Positions 39,666 to 53,842 of a DNA stretch of 64,000 nucleotides are shown in pieces (position 1 is the stretch's first letter; every line of letters starts with the position of its first letter). Below the pieces are notes generated by a model, which did not search any database, was not told the origin of the DNA, and saw only the letters and a program-made list of their open reading frames with translations. Origin of the DNA: Camelus dromedarius. Lineage: Eukaryota. Location: contig NC_087472.1 of the NCBI RefSeq assembly GCF_036321535.1, positions 98,148,001 through 98,212,000 of the forward strand, given 5' to 3'. Position numbers and translations under genes: made by a program.

Positions 39666-40228
39666 AAACGAAGTGCATCTTAAAAAGATTTCACAAGCGT
39701 AGATTGGGAGTAGATACTTGTAACTATATAAGCAGCACAGGACTATTATCCTGAAGATGTAAATACAGTATATCAATAAGAAAATAAAAGCCCAAAAGCC
39801 AAATGGACAGAAGACAGGCATTTTTCCAAAGAGGAACATTGGCTGACCAATGAACTTATAAAAATGGGCCCAACCTCATTAATAATCAGGTGAATAAAAA
39901 TTTAAACCACAAGAAATTACCATTTCACACCTCCAGATTGGCAAACATTTCAAAGTCTAACAAGGCCCAGTGTTAGCAATGCAGCAACTTCAACTCTCAT
40001 GCCCTGATCATAACTGGTACCCCAGTTTAGAAGCAATTTGGTGACATCTAAAAAAGTTGAAGCCTGGAGAAGCAAACATGTGGGAAGATTCCACCACTTA
40101 ATTTCTTTTAAAAGCAGCAGTAGCTTAACACAGCAGGACGTTTGACTGCATTAGTATAAATTCTGATTTTGTATAACTCATTGTTGAAAGCTGATACTTG
40201 CTGGTAAATAATAAGAGTTAACATTTGA

Positions 40229-40300
40229 TGCTGAACACTGGAATTTGACACAACATTGTAAAATGATTATAAATCAATAAAAAATGTTAAAAAAAAAAAA
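40229..40300 (+). mobile_element. 72-bp LINE-1 3' tail insertion
   Basis: Near-identical to the reverse complement of 40981-41044; poly(A); perfect TSD AGTTAACATTTGA at 40216-40228 and 40301-40313. Confidence 0.92.
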
Positions 40301-40386
40301 AGTTAACATTTGAGCACTTACTCTGCCAGGCACAGCTCTAAGCATAGATTTTTTTCATTTGATCCTGACACGATCCAGAAGGAGGT

Positions 40387-40719
40387 TGCTACAAATTGAA
40401 TGTTTACGTGGCCACCAAGTTTGTATGTTGAAATCCTAACCCCCAATGAGACCATATTGGCAGGTGGGGCCCCTAGGAGGTGACGAGGTCATGAGGGTGA
40501 AGCCCGCATGAATAGGATTAGTGCCCTTAGAAAAGAGACTCTAGAGAGCCCCCTTGACCCATCTGCCATTGAGGGCCCAGAAAGAAGACAGCTGTCAGAT
40601 GCCAAATCTGCTGGTGTAACATCTTGGACTTCCCAGACCCTAGAAGTATGAGAAAGAAATTTCTATTTATAAGCCACCCAGTCTATGGTATTATTATGGC
40701 AGCCCAAAGGAGTAAGACA
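40387..40719 (+). mobile_element. MaLR solo LTR (MLT1A/B-like)
   Basis: TATGTTGAAATCCTAACCCCCAATG ... TTTATAAGCCACCCAGTCTATGGTAT...TAAGACA. Confidence 0.8.
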
Positions 40720-40964
40720 GAGGAGCCATTATCATCCCTATTGTACAGATGTACAGAGGGCCAAGGCCCTAGAGCCAGGATACGACTGAATCCAGTTGTC
40801 TGGGCCCACTTTTACATCCTGCATATCCCATGAGTAAATTGTTTTTGCAGGAGTCGGCACTGCTTGTCCTAAATGTGATGAGTAAACTGTAACAACACTT
40901 AATACGTGTGAAGCACTACTGACTTTCTCTTTGGAAATTCAGGGTGGTTTCTCAAGCCAGTCTT

Positions 40965-42023
40965 TTTTTTTTTTTTTTTTTTTAACATTTTTCATTGATT
41001 TATAATCATTTTACAATGTTGTGTCAAATTCCAGTGTTCAGCACAATTTTTCAGTCATTCATGGACATATACACACTCATTGTCACATTTTTTTCTCTGT
41101 GAGTTACCATAACATTTTGTGTATATTTCCCTGTGCTATACAGTGTAATCTTGTTTATCTATTCTACAATTTTGAAATCCCAGTCTATCCCTTCCCACCC
41201 TCCACCCCCCTGATAACCACCAGTCTGTATTCTCTGTCTGAGTCTATTTCTGTCCTTTATTTACGCTTTGTTTTTGTTTGTTTGTTTGTTTTTGTTTTTG
41301 TTTTTTAGATTCCACATATCAGCGATCTCATATGGTATTTTTCTTTCTCTTTCTGGCTTACTTCACTTAGAACGACATTCTCCAGGGGCATCCATGTTGC
41401 TGCAAATGGCATTATGTTGTCGGTTTTTATGGCTGAGTAGTATTCCATTGTATAAATATACCACCTCTTCTTTATCCAGTCACCTGTTGATGGACATTTA
41501 GGCTGTTTCCATGTTTTGGCTATTGTAAATAGTGCTGCTATGAACATTGGGGTGCAGGTGTCATCCTGAAGTAGATTTCCTTCTGGATACAAGCCCAGGA
41601 GTGGGATTCCTGGGTCATAGGGTAAGTCTATTCCTAGTCTTTTGAGGAATCTCCACACTGTTTTCCATAGTGGCTGCACCAAACTGCATTCCCACCAGCA
41701 GTGTAGGAGGGTTCCCCTTTCTCCACAGCCTCTCCAGCATTTGTCATTTGTGGATTTTTGAATGACGGCCATTCTGACTGGTGTGAGGTGATAACCTCAC
41801 TGTAGTTTTGATTTGCATTTCTCTGACAACTAGTGATATTGAGCATTTTTTCATGTGCTTTTTGATCATTTGTATGTCTTCTTTGGAGAATTGCTTGTTT
41901 AGGTCTTCTGCCCATTTTTGGATTGGGTTGTTTATTTTTTTCTTATTGAGTCGTATGAGCTGCTTATATATTCTGGAGATCAAGCCTTTGTCGGTTTCAC
42001 TTGCAAAAATTTTCTCCCATTCC
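40965..42023 (-). mobile_element. Young 5'-truncated LINE-1 (ORF2 C-terminus, 3' UTR, poly(A))
   Basis: ORF2 peptides ISRIYKQL...[22 protein letters not shown] and [21 protein letters not shown]..., split by a frameshift near 41793. Long poly(T) on +. Perfect 15-bp TSD TCTCAAGCCAGTCTT at 40950-40964 and 42024-42038. Confidence 0.96.
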
Positions 42024-42532
42024 TCTCAAGCCAGTCTTGATGTTACTAAAAGTAAGGAGTGGAGAGAAGAATGCTTGGAACTCGTGACTTCCATGTCCAA
42101 GGAGCAAATACAATTCAGTCTTGTGTTTCGGGCTCCCTAATTACTAAGAAAATATGTTCACCAAATGGCACCTTTCCTAAGTTTCCAGAACAATGTTCCT
42201 TCCAGGAAGCCACAGACTTTGGCACCTCACACCAATGTAGGGTGTCTGTGAAATTCATGGTATTATTTTACTCATGATGTACCTGTTAGTGCTTTTGGTT
42301 ATTTCCTTCAAAGATTTTACTATCTCTTTGCTAATAAGAGGTCATCTGTTGCCTGCTTCCCTCAAAGTGCCGTCCAGAGCTGTAAGATTCAGTCTTCACA
42401 TGTTTGTCAGAGTCAAGGTGGACCATCTGTGCTATGGCTGAATAAGACATTTTCCCCTTTCCTTCAACACCATGAATTCTGAACAGGGGGCATTACCACT
42501 CCTTGGATTTTACGTTACATTCAGAAGTCAAA

Positions 42533-43399
42533 TATGGTAGATTGAGTTACTGTTCTCAATTTTTCACTCCCCTGTCATTCATTTCGTGGTCATGGCTTTG
42601 GGGTTGACAGAGCAGACTTCCTTGCCTCTCAGCCTTGGCCTTGGCCATGCAATGTGCTTTGACCAATGGGACAGTGACAGATGTGGTACAGAGGTGGAAA
42701 AGTTGCCTGCATCATCGTGCTTGCCCTCCTGCACTTCCGTCTTTCACCAGAACATGTCTCAGGTAGGTACTGGTCCAAGGAGGAGGAGAGACAGGTGGAA
42801 TAGACTTGACTCAACTCACAGCTGACAGCAGAGCCCAGGCTAGATCAGCTGAACCCTAGCCAACCCACAGATGGGTTAGAGAGAAATCCACACTTGCTGC
42901 TGTAAGCTGTTGAAATTTCAAGTTTGCTTGTTATGCACTGTTATTGCAGTAATAGCTGACTAATACATAAGCCCTCCTCCATCTGCCATATTTTGAAGAC
43001 CATCTGTATTAGTTTCCCAGGGCTAACGTAACAAAGTACTACAAACTGGGTGACCTAAACAATGTACTGTCTCACAGTTCTAGAGGCCAGATGTCAGAAA
43101 TTAAGAGCTTGGCAGGTTCGGTTCCTTCTGAGGGCAGTGGGGAGAACTGGTTCCATGCCTTTCTCCTTAGGCATTCCTTGGCCTGTAGAATGGTGTTCTC
43201 CCTGTGTCTTCACATCATACGTGTTTCTAGGTCCAAATTTCCCTTTTATAAGGATACCAGTCATTTGGATAAGGGCCTACCCTAATGACCTCATCCTGAT
43301 CATCTGCAAAGACCCTATTTCCAAATAAGGCCACATTTACAAGTACTGAAGGTTAGGACTTCAACATCTTTTGTGGGGGACACAATTCAACCCATAACA
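42533..43399. mobile_element. Two adjacent MaLR LTRs (about 42533-42970 on +, about 43005-43399 on -)
   Basis: TTGGCCATGCAATGTGCTTTGACCAATGG...AATAGCTGACTAATACA, then TGTATTAGTTTCCCAGGGCT...GGGGGACACAATTCAACCCATAACA. Confidence 0.75.
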
Positions 43400-43516
43400 C
43401 CATCCCAGATGTCTTTCTGGTGGGGGAGAAATAAGACTGGATGGGCCTGATGGCCTTTAGGTTAATGGAAAACCTAAGAGTTTATCTCTAGATAGCTGTA
43501 GAGCAGAGAAATAGAA

Positions 43517-43728
43517 CAGCTGACTCTGGAACAACATCTTTGAACTCCCTGGGTCCACTTACCAGCAGAATTTTTTCAGTGGTAAATACCACATTATCCA
43601 CCAGGGTTAGCTGAATCCGAGGATGTGGAGCTGCAGATACTGAGGGCGGAGTGTAAAGTCATACTTGGATTTTCAACTGTGTGGGAGGTCAGCACCCCTA
43701 ACCCCAGGGTTATTCAAGGGTCAACCAT
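43517..43728. mobile_element. Tigger-derived MITE (MER8/Tigger3-like)
   Basis: Degenerate TIRs CAGCTGACTCTGGAACAAC / GTTATTCAAGGGTCAACCA. Confidence 0.7.
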
Positions 43729-44729
43729 ATTAGGTGTTGCTATCTTCTCATAAATGTTTAAAGCACTTGCAGTAAATCACCTTCATCTCTACTCCTCCCT
43801 TAAATGACACATGTGTACTTTCTTCATAGCCTTTATCTTAGTACATCTACACTGACTCGCCTTCATGCTTCTATTTCCAGCAGCCCTCACAGTGTCCTGT
43901 TGCTCTGGGCCGGTGTTTTCTGCTTATTTTTCTTTGCTGCATAAGAGGCCGCCCACGTGTTCTTTGCTCTACACATTGCCCTGAATACCCAACACTGTCT
44001 TCTAGGACCCTCTAAGCAGAGGCTGCGGCAAAAGTGGCCAAGATATGCTACTGAGAGCTGTTCTAATACAACGTCAGGACTGAATCATGTGACCTCTACT
44101 CCTTCCTCCTTATTCTTCTTTGTATTTTGAATAAACTTGCAAAAGACCCAAGCACGAATTAAAATTTGTTCTGGTTCTACTCTCCACAAAAATAAACAAA
44201 CTTACCTAAACCCATAAAATCAAAGCACAATCCAGGCTTCAGGAAGTTGAATGTTTAGTTGAATAAAAAGGAGAATCCTTTATCCTTGTGTTCAGAACCT
44301 CCTAGCTGTCAGGGCAATGTCTGCACACTGAACCGGGTAAACATGCTTTCAGAATTATGAGGACAACTTACTGTCTGCACTGTCTGCACAGGGTCTCCAC
44401 TAATTGGCCTCCATCCACTGCCAGTTTTGTAATTTTTCAAATGCTGGGGGTATAAATGCCCTTTGGGGAGTACTGAGAGGTTAAAATCGAGCCCTAGATG
44501 GTTTATCTAATTGCCTTTGTAACAAAATACATGAGAACAACCCTAACCCTCGGAAGTCAAACAGGAACTCACTGTAGCAATTACTGTGGCAACACCTATT
44601 GCTCTCAGGCCACCTGTAACAATGCTGATATTTAAAAACATTTCAGTTCCCAGTGGTTCATGCAATGGCTTTCTGTGGTTTTTTTTCTGCAAAGCCACCT
44701 ACCTGACCTTCCTCTTACCAGCCTTCTAG

Positions 44730-44890
44730 CCCAGAGACGCTCAAAGTGTGGTCCGCAGACCGGCAGCATCCGCTGATTAGACTGTGAGAAATGCAGACTC
44801 CAGACCCTGCTCCAGACCTCCTGAATCAGACTGTATTTTAAGGAGACCCTCTGGTACTCCTTATACGCACTCAAGTTTGAGAAGCACTGC
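44730..44890. mobile_element. MER5A1-like MITE
   Basis: CTCAAAGTGTGGTCCGCAGACCGGCAGCATC...AGTTTGAGAAGCACTG. Confidence 0.78.
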
Positions 44891-45669
44891 CCTAGTTTTT
44901 CTATTCCTATTTCTAAATAGCAGGACAACTACTGTTCCAGATGAATCTTTTAAGCCTTCAGCAAGTTTTCTCCTAAAACTAATTGAATAGCTTTTTAACG
45001 TGACCCTGTTTTCAAATTTAACATGTTACAAAACAGGGCTTTTTGCCGTAAGTAAAAAGAAGGCTTCAGACCAACTCTCACTCTGCATTCTCCTCTTCTG
45101 CCATATACACGGGGAAAGAAAAACAGAAAACCCTTCAGCCCTGCAGTGTCTTAGCAGAAGCTCAGGAACATTTAACAGCAAAGAAACAGTGGGGGGTCTT
45201 TGGAGCAAGATCTTTGCCAGGGGGCCTTTTGTCTCTAAGTCAGTGGGACCCGCAAGAACTCGAGTGCAGACAGGGAGCCAACAGCTACATCGTCCTCCAT
45301 TCTCACCAGCATCTCCATTTAGACGGACCCACGGTAGACAATACGACCGCCGGCACACCACTGCCCTTGGCCTTAGGGATCTCCGGTGGGAGACCTCACA
45401 GGTATGGTTTTTTCTTTGTGTGGCCATCAGAAAGCCCACAAGATATCATTTAGCCAAGAGAACTGCTGCTGCCTCAGGAGCATCACACTTATTGTGTCCT
45501 AAACTAGATCTTAAAAGCAGCATGTGCTCATGCGGGCACTTCCCTGGCCCCTTGAGCCTCATTACTCTTAGGTTTCTGATCCTATGTCCACAAATCTTGC
45601 TCTCATGTCCCACAGGCAGAGGCGAGCCCAATTGTGCCATGAGAATTCCTCCCTTATTTTTTCTTACTG

Positions 45670-46810
45670 TTTAACGTTTTACTTGGAAATAGTTCCAAGC
45701 GTAGAGAAAAGCTGCAATAAGAACTTGCTAATATTGATACAGTACTTTATCAAAACTACCATGCATATAGCAATTTGTTTTTCTATGCAATAATGCCCTT
45801 TAAAGGATCTGTCCTCCAATATGGGAGCCAGTGTGGGGTCAGATACTGCATTTAGTTGTCTTGTCTCTTTAGCCTCCTTTAATCTGGAAACCTCTTCACA
45901 GCCTTTTTTTTGACATTAGTACTTTTAAAGAATACAGACCTTTTAAAAATAGTATGTTTCTCATTTTGGGTCTAATGTTCCCTCATGCTCATTCAGGTAA
46001 CAGCCTCAGCCTAGCACTGCACAGGTGGCTACGGACCCTGGTTGATTTTCATCACTTTGTCAAAGTGTTGTTCCATTTCTCCACAGAAGCAACACGTGGT
46101 AAGCTGAATAATGACCCCTACAGATGCTGACATCCTAATCCAAGAAATTTATGTTACCTTATGTTGCAAAAGGGACTTTGCCTTGACAGGGATGCAGAGA
46201 GAGTCAGAAAGAGAAGGTAACGTGACAAGAGAAAGAGATCTGAAGGTGCTATGCTGCCGACTGTGAGACTGAAGGGCCCAGACGCCAAAGAATGCCTCTA
46301 GAAACTAGAAAAGGCAAGAAACAGATTCTCCCCTAGAGCCTCCAGAAGGAACCAGCCCTGCCAACACCCTGACCTGAGCCCTGGAAGACTTATTTCAGAC
46401 TTGTGGCCTGGTAAATTCGTGTTTTTTTCAAGAACTAAGTTTTTGCTAATTTTTCAAGTGGAAACAGGAATCTGCTATATAACTCATAAGCAATGTGTTG
46501 GTGACACTTGAAAAACCACACAAATATGCTCCTTGACAATTTACCCCAAGATTTTATTTACATCAGTGGATGACTCTTGCCTGATTCAGTCTCCACTGTG
46601 ATTACAAAATGCTAGTTTTTCAGCTCCCTCCCCTTAACTGGTTGGCACTGAGCTTTCTATAGTAAGGGTCTCACCTATTTGTATATTCGTGTCCTCCACT
46701 TACTTATGTATTTATTTCCCATACAATCTCATGACTTCCAATTTTTTTGATGGTTTATAATTTATTATCCTTTTCTTTTAGGGCACAAACCCTTCTGGAT
46801 TTACCTAGTG
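45670..46810. mobile_element. Old L1MC-type 3' remnant (-) with an inserted MLT1-type LTR (about 46095-46480)
   Basis: CTGCATTTAGTTGTCTTGTCTCTTTAGCCTCCTTTAATCTGGAA (L1MC); GATTCTCCCCTAGAGCCTCCAGAAGGAACCAGCCCTGCCAACACC (MLT1). Confidence 0.72.
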
Positions 46811-47012
46811 GGAACCAAGGGCTGGTTCAAACTAAGCACAAGCGGACAGGATCAGTGTCGTGGCCTTGCCGCCTGGCCTCCAGGAACTGGCACCGTAACC
46901 CAAGACACAGCCCCCCGTAGGCTGATCCAGACCAAAGTGGAGGTTGGTGTAAGGATTCCAGCCAGTGGGTAGGGCGTCACCAAGGGCAGAGACGTTCAAG
47001 AATGACAGTTAT

Positions 47013-47080
47013 CCCCCGTGCCTCCGTTAAAAAAATAAGTAAATAAACCTAATTACCTCCCTCCCCCCACCAAAAAAAGA
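47013..47080 (+). mobile_element. 5'-truncated tRNA-derived SINE (3' half only)
   Basis: CCCCCGTGCCTCCGTTAAAAAAATAAGTAAATAAACCTAATTACCTCCC matches the tail of the other copies. Confidence 0.75.
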
Positions 47081-47425
47081 CATAGTTGACAGTGGGGCAC
47101 AAACAAACATGAAGAAGACTCACAGCAATGGCTGACACCCAAATGGCCGCAGATCCCACACACCATTTCGGTTTTCCAGGCTGAATGCTGCACACCTTCC
47201 TGAGTTTCTGCTCCTCTTCAGCCTTTGGGGGTACCCAGAAAGAGCCCGTAAGACAAGGCCCTGGTGAAAGGACCCCCTTCACCAGCACAGCGCTCTCACC
47301 TGCGCAGCAGGACAGGGCAGGGCGGGTGGACTCGCTCCCTCGATGCCTGAAGCCCCAGCGGCTTCTCCCTTTAGCATCCCATGGCTTCTCCCTTTAGCAT
47401 CCCATCGTTGGCTGCTTTTCTTCTT

Positions 47426-47575
47426 TTGTGATGTAAAAAAATGCTCTTTAATTTTTGGGGGGAGGGTGATAATTAGGTTTTTATTTATTTACTTTTTAAC
47501 AGAGGCACTGAGGACTGAACCCAGGCCTCATGCCCACTAAGCAGGTCCTCTGCCACTGAGCTCTGCCCTCCCCCA
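47426..47575 (-). mobile_element. tRNA-derived SINE with extra 3' sequence
   Basis: A/B boxes on -; perfect 14-bp TSD CTGCTTTTCTTCTT at 47412-47425 and 47576-47589. Confidence 0.88.
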
Positions 47576-48968
47576 CTGCTTTTCTTCTTGAACATTCCCA
47601 ACCCTGCATCATTTCCTCACACTGGCCTGTTTCTTTTAGGTTCCACCTGGCAAATTCAAAGAGTTCCCTTTTACTACAGAAAGAGTGCACTTTAACTACG
47701 TGCACAGAGCACCAGACCAGCCTGAGCAAGAGATACCGAGTGACAGCCCTTGGAGCTTCCATTCCAGCCATCAGTCAACTGAACTTGGGCTGAAGGGCTG
47801 GCTTCCCCACCCCCATACTTCCGTAAAAGGCCTCCAGCTCTCACATGGCAGAGCCAGAAACCACACTCACATGTCCTCTCCCAGCAGGACACACTGTCTC
47901 TTCAGACATGAAACATTTAACCATCTATGGCCAATAGATAAGGGATAAAGACTAATAAGACTAAGAAGAAAAAAAACAGAAACACTGAGTGTGAAGGGAC
48001 CACAGGATGAACACACAGGATCTGAAGCTCCCTAAGCCCTAGGAGGAAGGACAGACGGGTAATTTTATGTATCATATTCAACTTAGACAACTGGAAGCAG
48101 GCAAGGCAGGGTTGTCTGAAAGCAGAGGACACAGCATGGAGTCTAAGGAGCATATCTGTCCCTTTGCAATGAACTTAGAGCTGTCAGAATCACTTACTGA
48201 GAACCTGAGTTACCAGCATCATCATCTACCACTAAGTGAAGAGTATTTCAGAACTAGGACAAGAAAAAAGGATTTTCCAATAGGCGGAACCAGGAATGAT
48301 CTCTACCAAGTTAACTCCAGTAACACAACCCACATCTACAGAAAACAGCGCCTCGCCATGTGCAGTCCTGGCCTTTCATCTCTAGGCAATGGGGGGGGGC
48401 ATCCCCCCAGTCCTCCCTCTGGATCTTGGAGGGCTTCTGTCAAAACAGACCTGGCTTGTTTGGCTTGCTTCACCCAGGAGAGCTCCTGACTCTTTTATTC
48501 TATTACCATGCATTGTTGCACAGAGAGGGCCTTGTTCCCTAAAACTTCACCTTAAAGGAAGCACTCACTGAAATGACCACCATGTGATTGGCTGCCACCC
48601 ACAGATGAGGTCTTTATTAATTAGCTGGCCAGGGCATCGCTGGGACCCCCAAATACAGGGATACGCATACCTGTCCAGCCACATTTATCATCTGATTTCC
48701 CAGGGAAATCACATCCGAGAGTATTCAAATAGCTTTCCAAAAGTACTGGGCTATTTCTCACCCATGTTCTATTTCTCATTTTTGAAATAACAAGTAAAGC
48801 CTGAAATCAGTGGAATGACTGCGCTAGGTAACTGAGATTTTAAATGGTTCTGGCCGAGTAGAACTGATCTGCCAGTAATGGTTTGAGATTGACAGCAGAG
48901 TGAAGGGACCCAGCCTCCCTTCCCCACCATCTAAATACAATGAAACGATGGAAGCAAAAACTGTAGGT

Positions 48969-49420
48969 CAGGGGTCCGTAACCTGACATCTATGGACAGA
49001 ATTCTTTGTGGCCCTAAACTTGGATAGGAAAAACCTATGTAGCTTTATTTTCACTAGCCTCTAACTGAAATCCAGCATTTCCTTTAAGCATGAGTGTAGG
49101 TGACATACCATGTTAGCACTGGCAGTACCTATGACTTTGTTAACGAGAAGTCACATGCATTCTTGCCATATTTCAGTTGCTACAGATCTTGTTTATAGTC
49201 ATTATGCTTCAGAATTGTATTTGACCCACAACTAGATCCAGTTGTATAGCAAGTTATTAAAGCACAAATATTAAACCTGAAGTCTTTGAAAAACAATGTA
49301 ACTTGTTACGTAAAGCAGATATGATTATAAGGTATTTAAAAACATGTTTCTGAGGAGGGGCTCACAGGTTTCACCAGGCGGCCAAAGGAGTCCATGGTAC
49401 TAAAAAGGTTAAGGACCCGG
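48969..49420. mobile_element. hAT-Charlie non-autonomous element related to 7592-8087, opposite orientation
   Basis: CAGGGGTCCGTAACCTG ... CCAAAGGAGTCCATGGTACTAAAAAGGTTAAGGACCC. Confidence 0.65.
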
Positions 49421-51766
49421 ACAGGGGCTTTCTTACAGCAAATTCAGATTGTTATTAGCCACGAGATCCCTGGGCACATTTCAGATTTTGACAGCTGGCC
49501 TACTCAGGGATGTTAACCTCCAATTCACAAAGCTATTTTAAGACTAAGCAAGAGAATGTAAAGGCAAGTTGTGTATTAACCCAAAGCACAGTGATGTAAA
49601 AGATGACGTGGTATAAAGGCACGCAGCAACAGGGTGAAATAGAAGGAGCTTAAGTGTTTCTTTGGGGCCTCATAGCAGCTCATGTCAAATAACGCTGCCC
49701 AACCAGCCTGGAGAACAGTGCTACTCACATGGTGCTGTTCCAAGACAGGTAAGGAGTGTGTGCTGCAGTGTAGACCAACATACTGCTTCCTTCACTGAGG
49801 GAGTCTTGCTGGGGATGAAAAGCTTCAGCCAAAGCAAACAGAACAAAGTGCTTAGAAAATAAAGAGCTGGTTGAAGGACTTCGAGTAGCACTGCTCTAGT
49901 CTTGGGCAAAGGCCAAGGATACATCACATCACGCCCTACACACACACTTCCTTCGCCCTATCCCAGGAGTCATGGTAAAAGAATGAAATTGATCAATTGA
50001 GATGAACACACACTCTGACATAAGCAATAGTTAAGCAAGGGACTATTCAACTGCACAGGAAGTAGCAGCATTTTAATTTTGCCCAACAGAAACAGCGTGA
50101 GCCCAGCCTCCTCCAGCCCAGGCAGATCACCATCAATCAATGTTTTTAAATATTCAATCACATTTTCAGGAGAAAGCAGCATTTCTTTCTTCCTTTTTTT
50201 AAATAAATGAATACTTGATACCTGCTGATGTGAATAGAATTTAAACTACAGCCACATTTGTCTTGTCTTTAATTAAAAAGCAGCTATATACTACAGTATA
50301 TTCTATTTTAGATTATAAAGGAGACTACAACACTAAATAACACTACAGCCATTAAAGTAATATAACAGTGCTTAGATCTTATAACATTTCCTTAAAATGC
50401 AGCAAAAGTAGAGGTTGGTTTTAGTTATCAAGGGTTCAATTTGCATGCTTTTCTTTTAAAACAATTACAAAGATGTTTAAAACAATCAGACATCCTTTCT
50501 CCAATACAAAGAAATGAACTGGGTCAGAATTCACCATTATCACTCAAAGTCAAAAATGTGTTTCTTTCCCTTCTTCCTCACATACTACATACCTTATTCT
50601 CTCCTGGAGATGTCTTCCACCACCTGGCCCAATCTGATACATTTCATTTCTAACCCTCAGCTTTTGGCAGGACCTGTGTGTCACCAAATTCACCAGCAGA
50701 TTTAGCCTCAGACTCAAGCTAGCCTTCAAATATAAAGTTATGCCACATATTAACAACAACATATCCAGATAGCAGATATACTTGGTTTATTTTCTAAAAT
50801 GGAAAAAAAAAACAATTCTATTTACCTAAAACTGTGTTCTAACATTACAACAGTACCATCATTTTTAATCTTACACAGTATAGAGAGACTTTAAAAAGCA
50901 TTCTAGAGGAGTCTGAGGGGGTGAGTAGGACTTCCAATGCTGTTTTTAACACCTCTATGTGCAAGAAAAATATTTGCTGAAAGCCAATCTAGTTCCGACA
51001 TGACTCTCCTTTTATTAGTTATTGTTTCTTCTCCCGTGCCAAACCAATAAAGAAGAAAAAGCAGGCATACATTTATTTTTTAAAGAATGTTACACACCAT
51101 GAACCTCTCTCAGGAGGAAGTGCTCCAGGCTGACACTAATTTTATCTCAAAACAGACATTGGCTATTTCATTTTTCATGTTTTGCTCACTGCAAATTCAC
51201 CATAAATGAAATCATTCCATTGATAAAGCATAAACCTTTTATAAAATAACAGCATAACCCAGTGATTTCTAACAATCCAAGTCAATATAACCTCACCTTT
51301 GATGTGGACTGTGCACCCAGAAACACACCACCAAGCTGTTACATGCGCCTCCTTAGGTGAGTTTAAGTTGCCCTTGTGGTTGTGGGCCTCTCCACACATG
51401 AACATCTATCATCCAAAAAACTTCTCAAAAAAATTTCACAGCAGCAGCTCAAAGCAATCTTTATCTTTACATCTAATACGCCGGTAAGAGTGGGAAGAGA
51501 AATAAGCTTTTGATTTTCAAGTTTACAGTAAGGCCAAATCCTTTCCTATCCTCAGGTCCATTCTATAATGAAGAGCTGGTAGATGCAATAGGTTGTTTAT
51601 CATTTACCACAGTGCTAAATGAAGTCATTACTACAGTTCAAAAAAGGCCCCAAGGCCATCCTATTATAAAGAGATAAATGGCACCGAGTGATAGAACTAA
51701 AAAAAGACCAGGAGACACTTTTATTTTGTGAGATCAGAAGTGAGAAAGAGGGGACCTGGCCGAAAT

Positions 51767-51806
51767 AAAACAACAGACACACGAAATTTCTCATTTTAAT
51801 TTTAAT
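51767..51806 (-). terminator. SMS polyadenylation signal
   Basis: Tandem ATTAAA ATTAAA (51806-51795) followed by GU/U-rich TGTGTCTGTTGTTTT (about 51781-51767). Confidence 0.75.
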
Positions 51807-52249
51807 CGAAGCATTGCTATTCATTTTTTTAAGTCTTTTCTTATAAGCACCAGATTTTAATATCTGTATCAATTTGGGGGGGGGGGGAGAAACTCCATCA
51901 AGAACTTCCCTCCAGAAGAAAACAATGTTTATCCCTCCAAACAACCCAATTCAAAGTCTACCAAAACAAAAAAAGCCCACACAGAAAAAAAATAACAAAA
52001 ATCACATTCTAGGGGTTCAGTGCATTTAGCAGCCTTCACTGTGCTGTCTAATCATCCTTCAGCTGACTTTCAAAAAAATAACACCCTAGTTCATCAAAAT
52101 ATACATTTTCCATTTGATTTTTAAATTAAAAAAATAATTAAAAAAGAAACTTGAAGGAATTCATAATCAATTGCCTGACTCGTTTCGATGTCACATATGA
52201 AGGGTCAGGAAGGCTATTTGCAGCACACACGATTAGGGGAAATTGATTT
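51783..52249 (-). other. SMS: SMS 3' UTR (3' end approximate)
   Basis: Repeat-free U-rich sequence between the stop codon and the poly(A) signal; contains a C12 tract (51876-51887). Confidence 0.75.
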
Positions 52250-52289
52250 TCAAGGTTTAGCTTTCTTCCAAACAGTGTAAAATACCCAC
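52250..52289 (-). CDS. SMS: Spermine synthase last coding exon (exon 11)
   Basis: |G TGG GTA TTT TAC ACT GTT TGG AAG AAA GCT AAA CCT TGA = (L)WVFYTVWKKAKP*, the SMS C-terminus. Stop codon at 52250-52252. Confidence 0.96.

Positions 52290-53842
<1,553 letters not shown>

Larger units (their letters stand above)
38770..40060 (+). mobile_element. Ancient degraded L1 (L1M-type ORF2 3' region), interrupted by younger insertions
   Basis: A-rich sequence with L1 ORF2-like phrases (ACAAATCTGACTACATTAAAATAAAAAATTCCTGTGCATCAAAA; AAACCACAAGAAATTACCATTTCACACC). Confidence 0.7.

Noticed and set aside
41305..41983. ORFs of 155 and 79 aa as a host gene or active L1
   Set aside because: C-terminal fragment of L1 ORF2 in a 5'-truncated, frameshifted copy of about 1 kb; it cannot be autonomous.
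45000..45674. Longest ORF in the track (224 aa, +) and overlapping 137-aa ORF (-)
   Set aside because: Non-ATG start in the track, no recognisable domain, and no splice or poly(A)/TSD context. Treated as chance ORFs, though a BLASTX would settle it.
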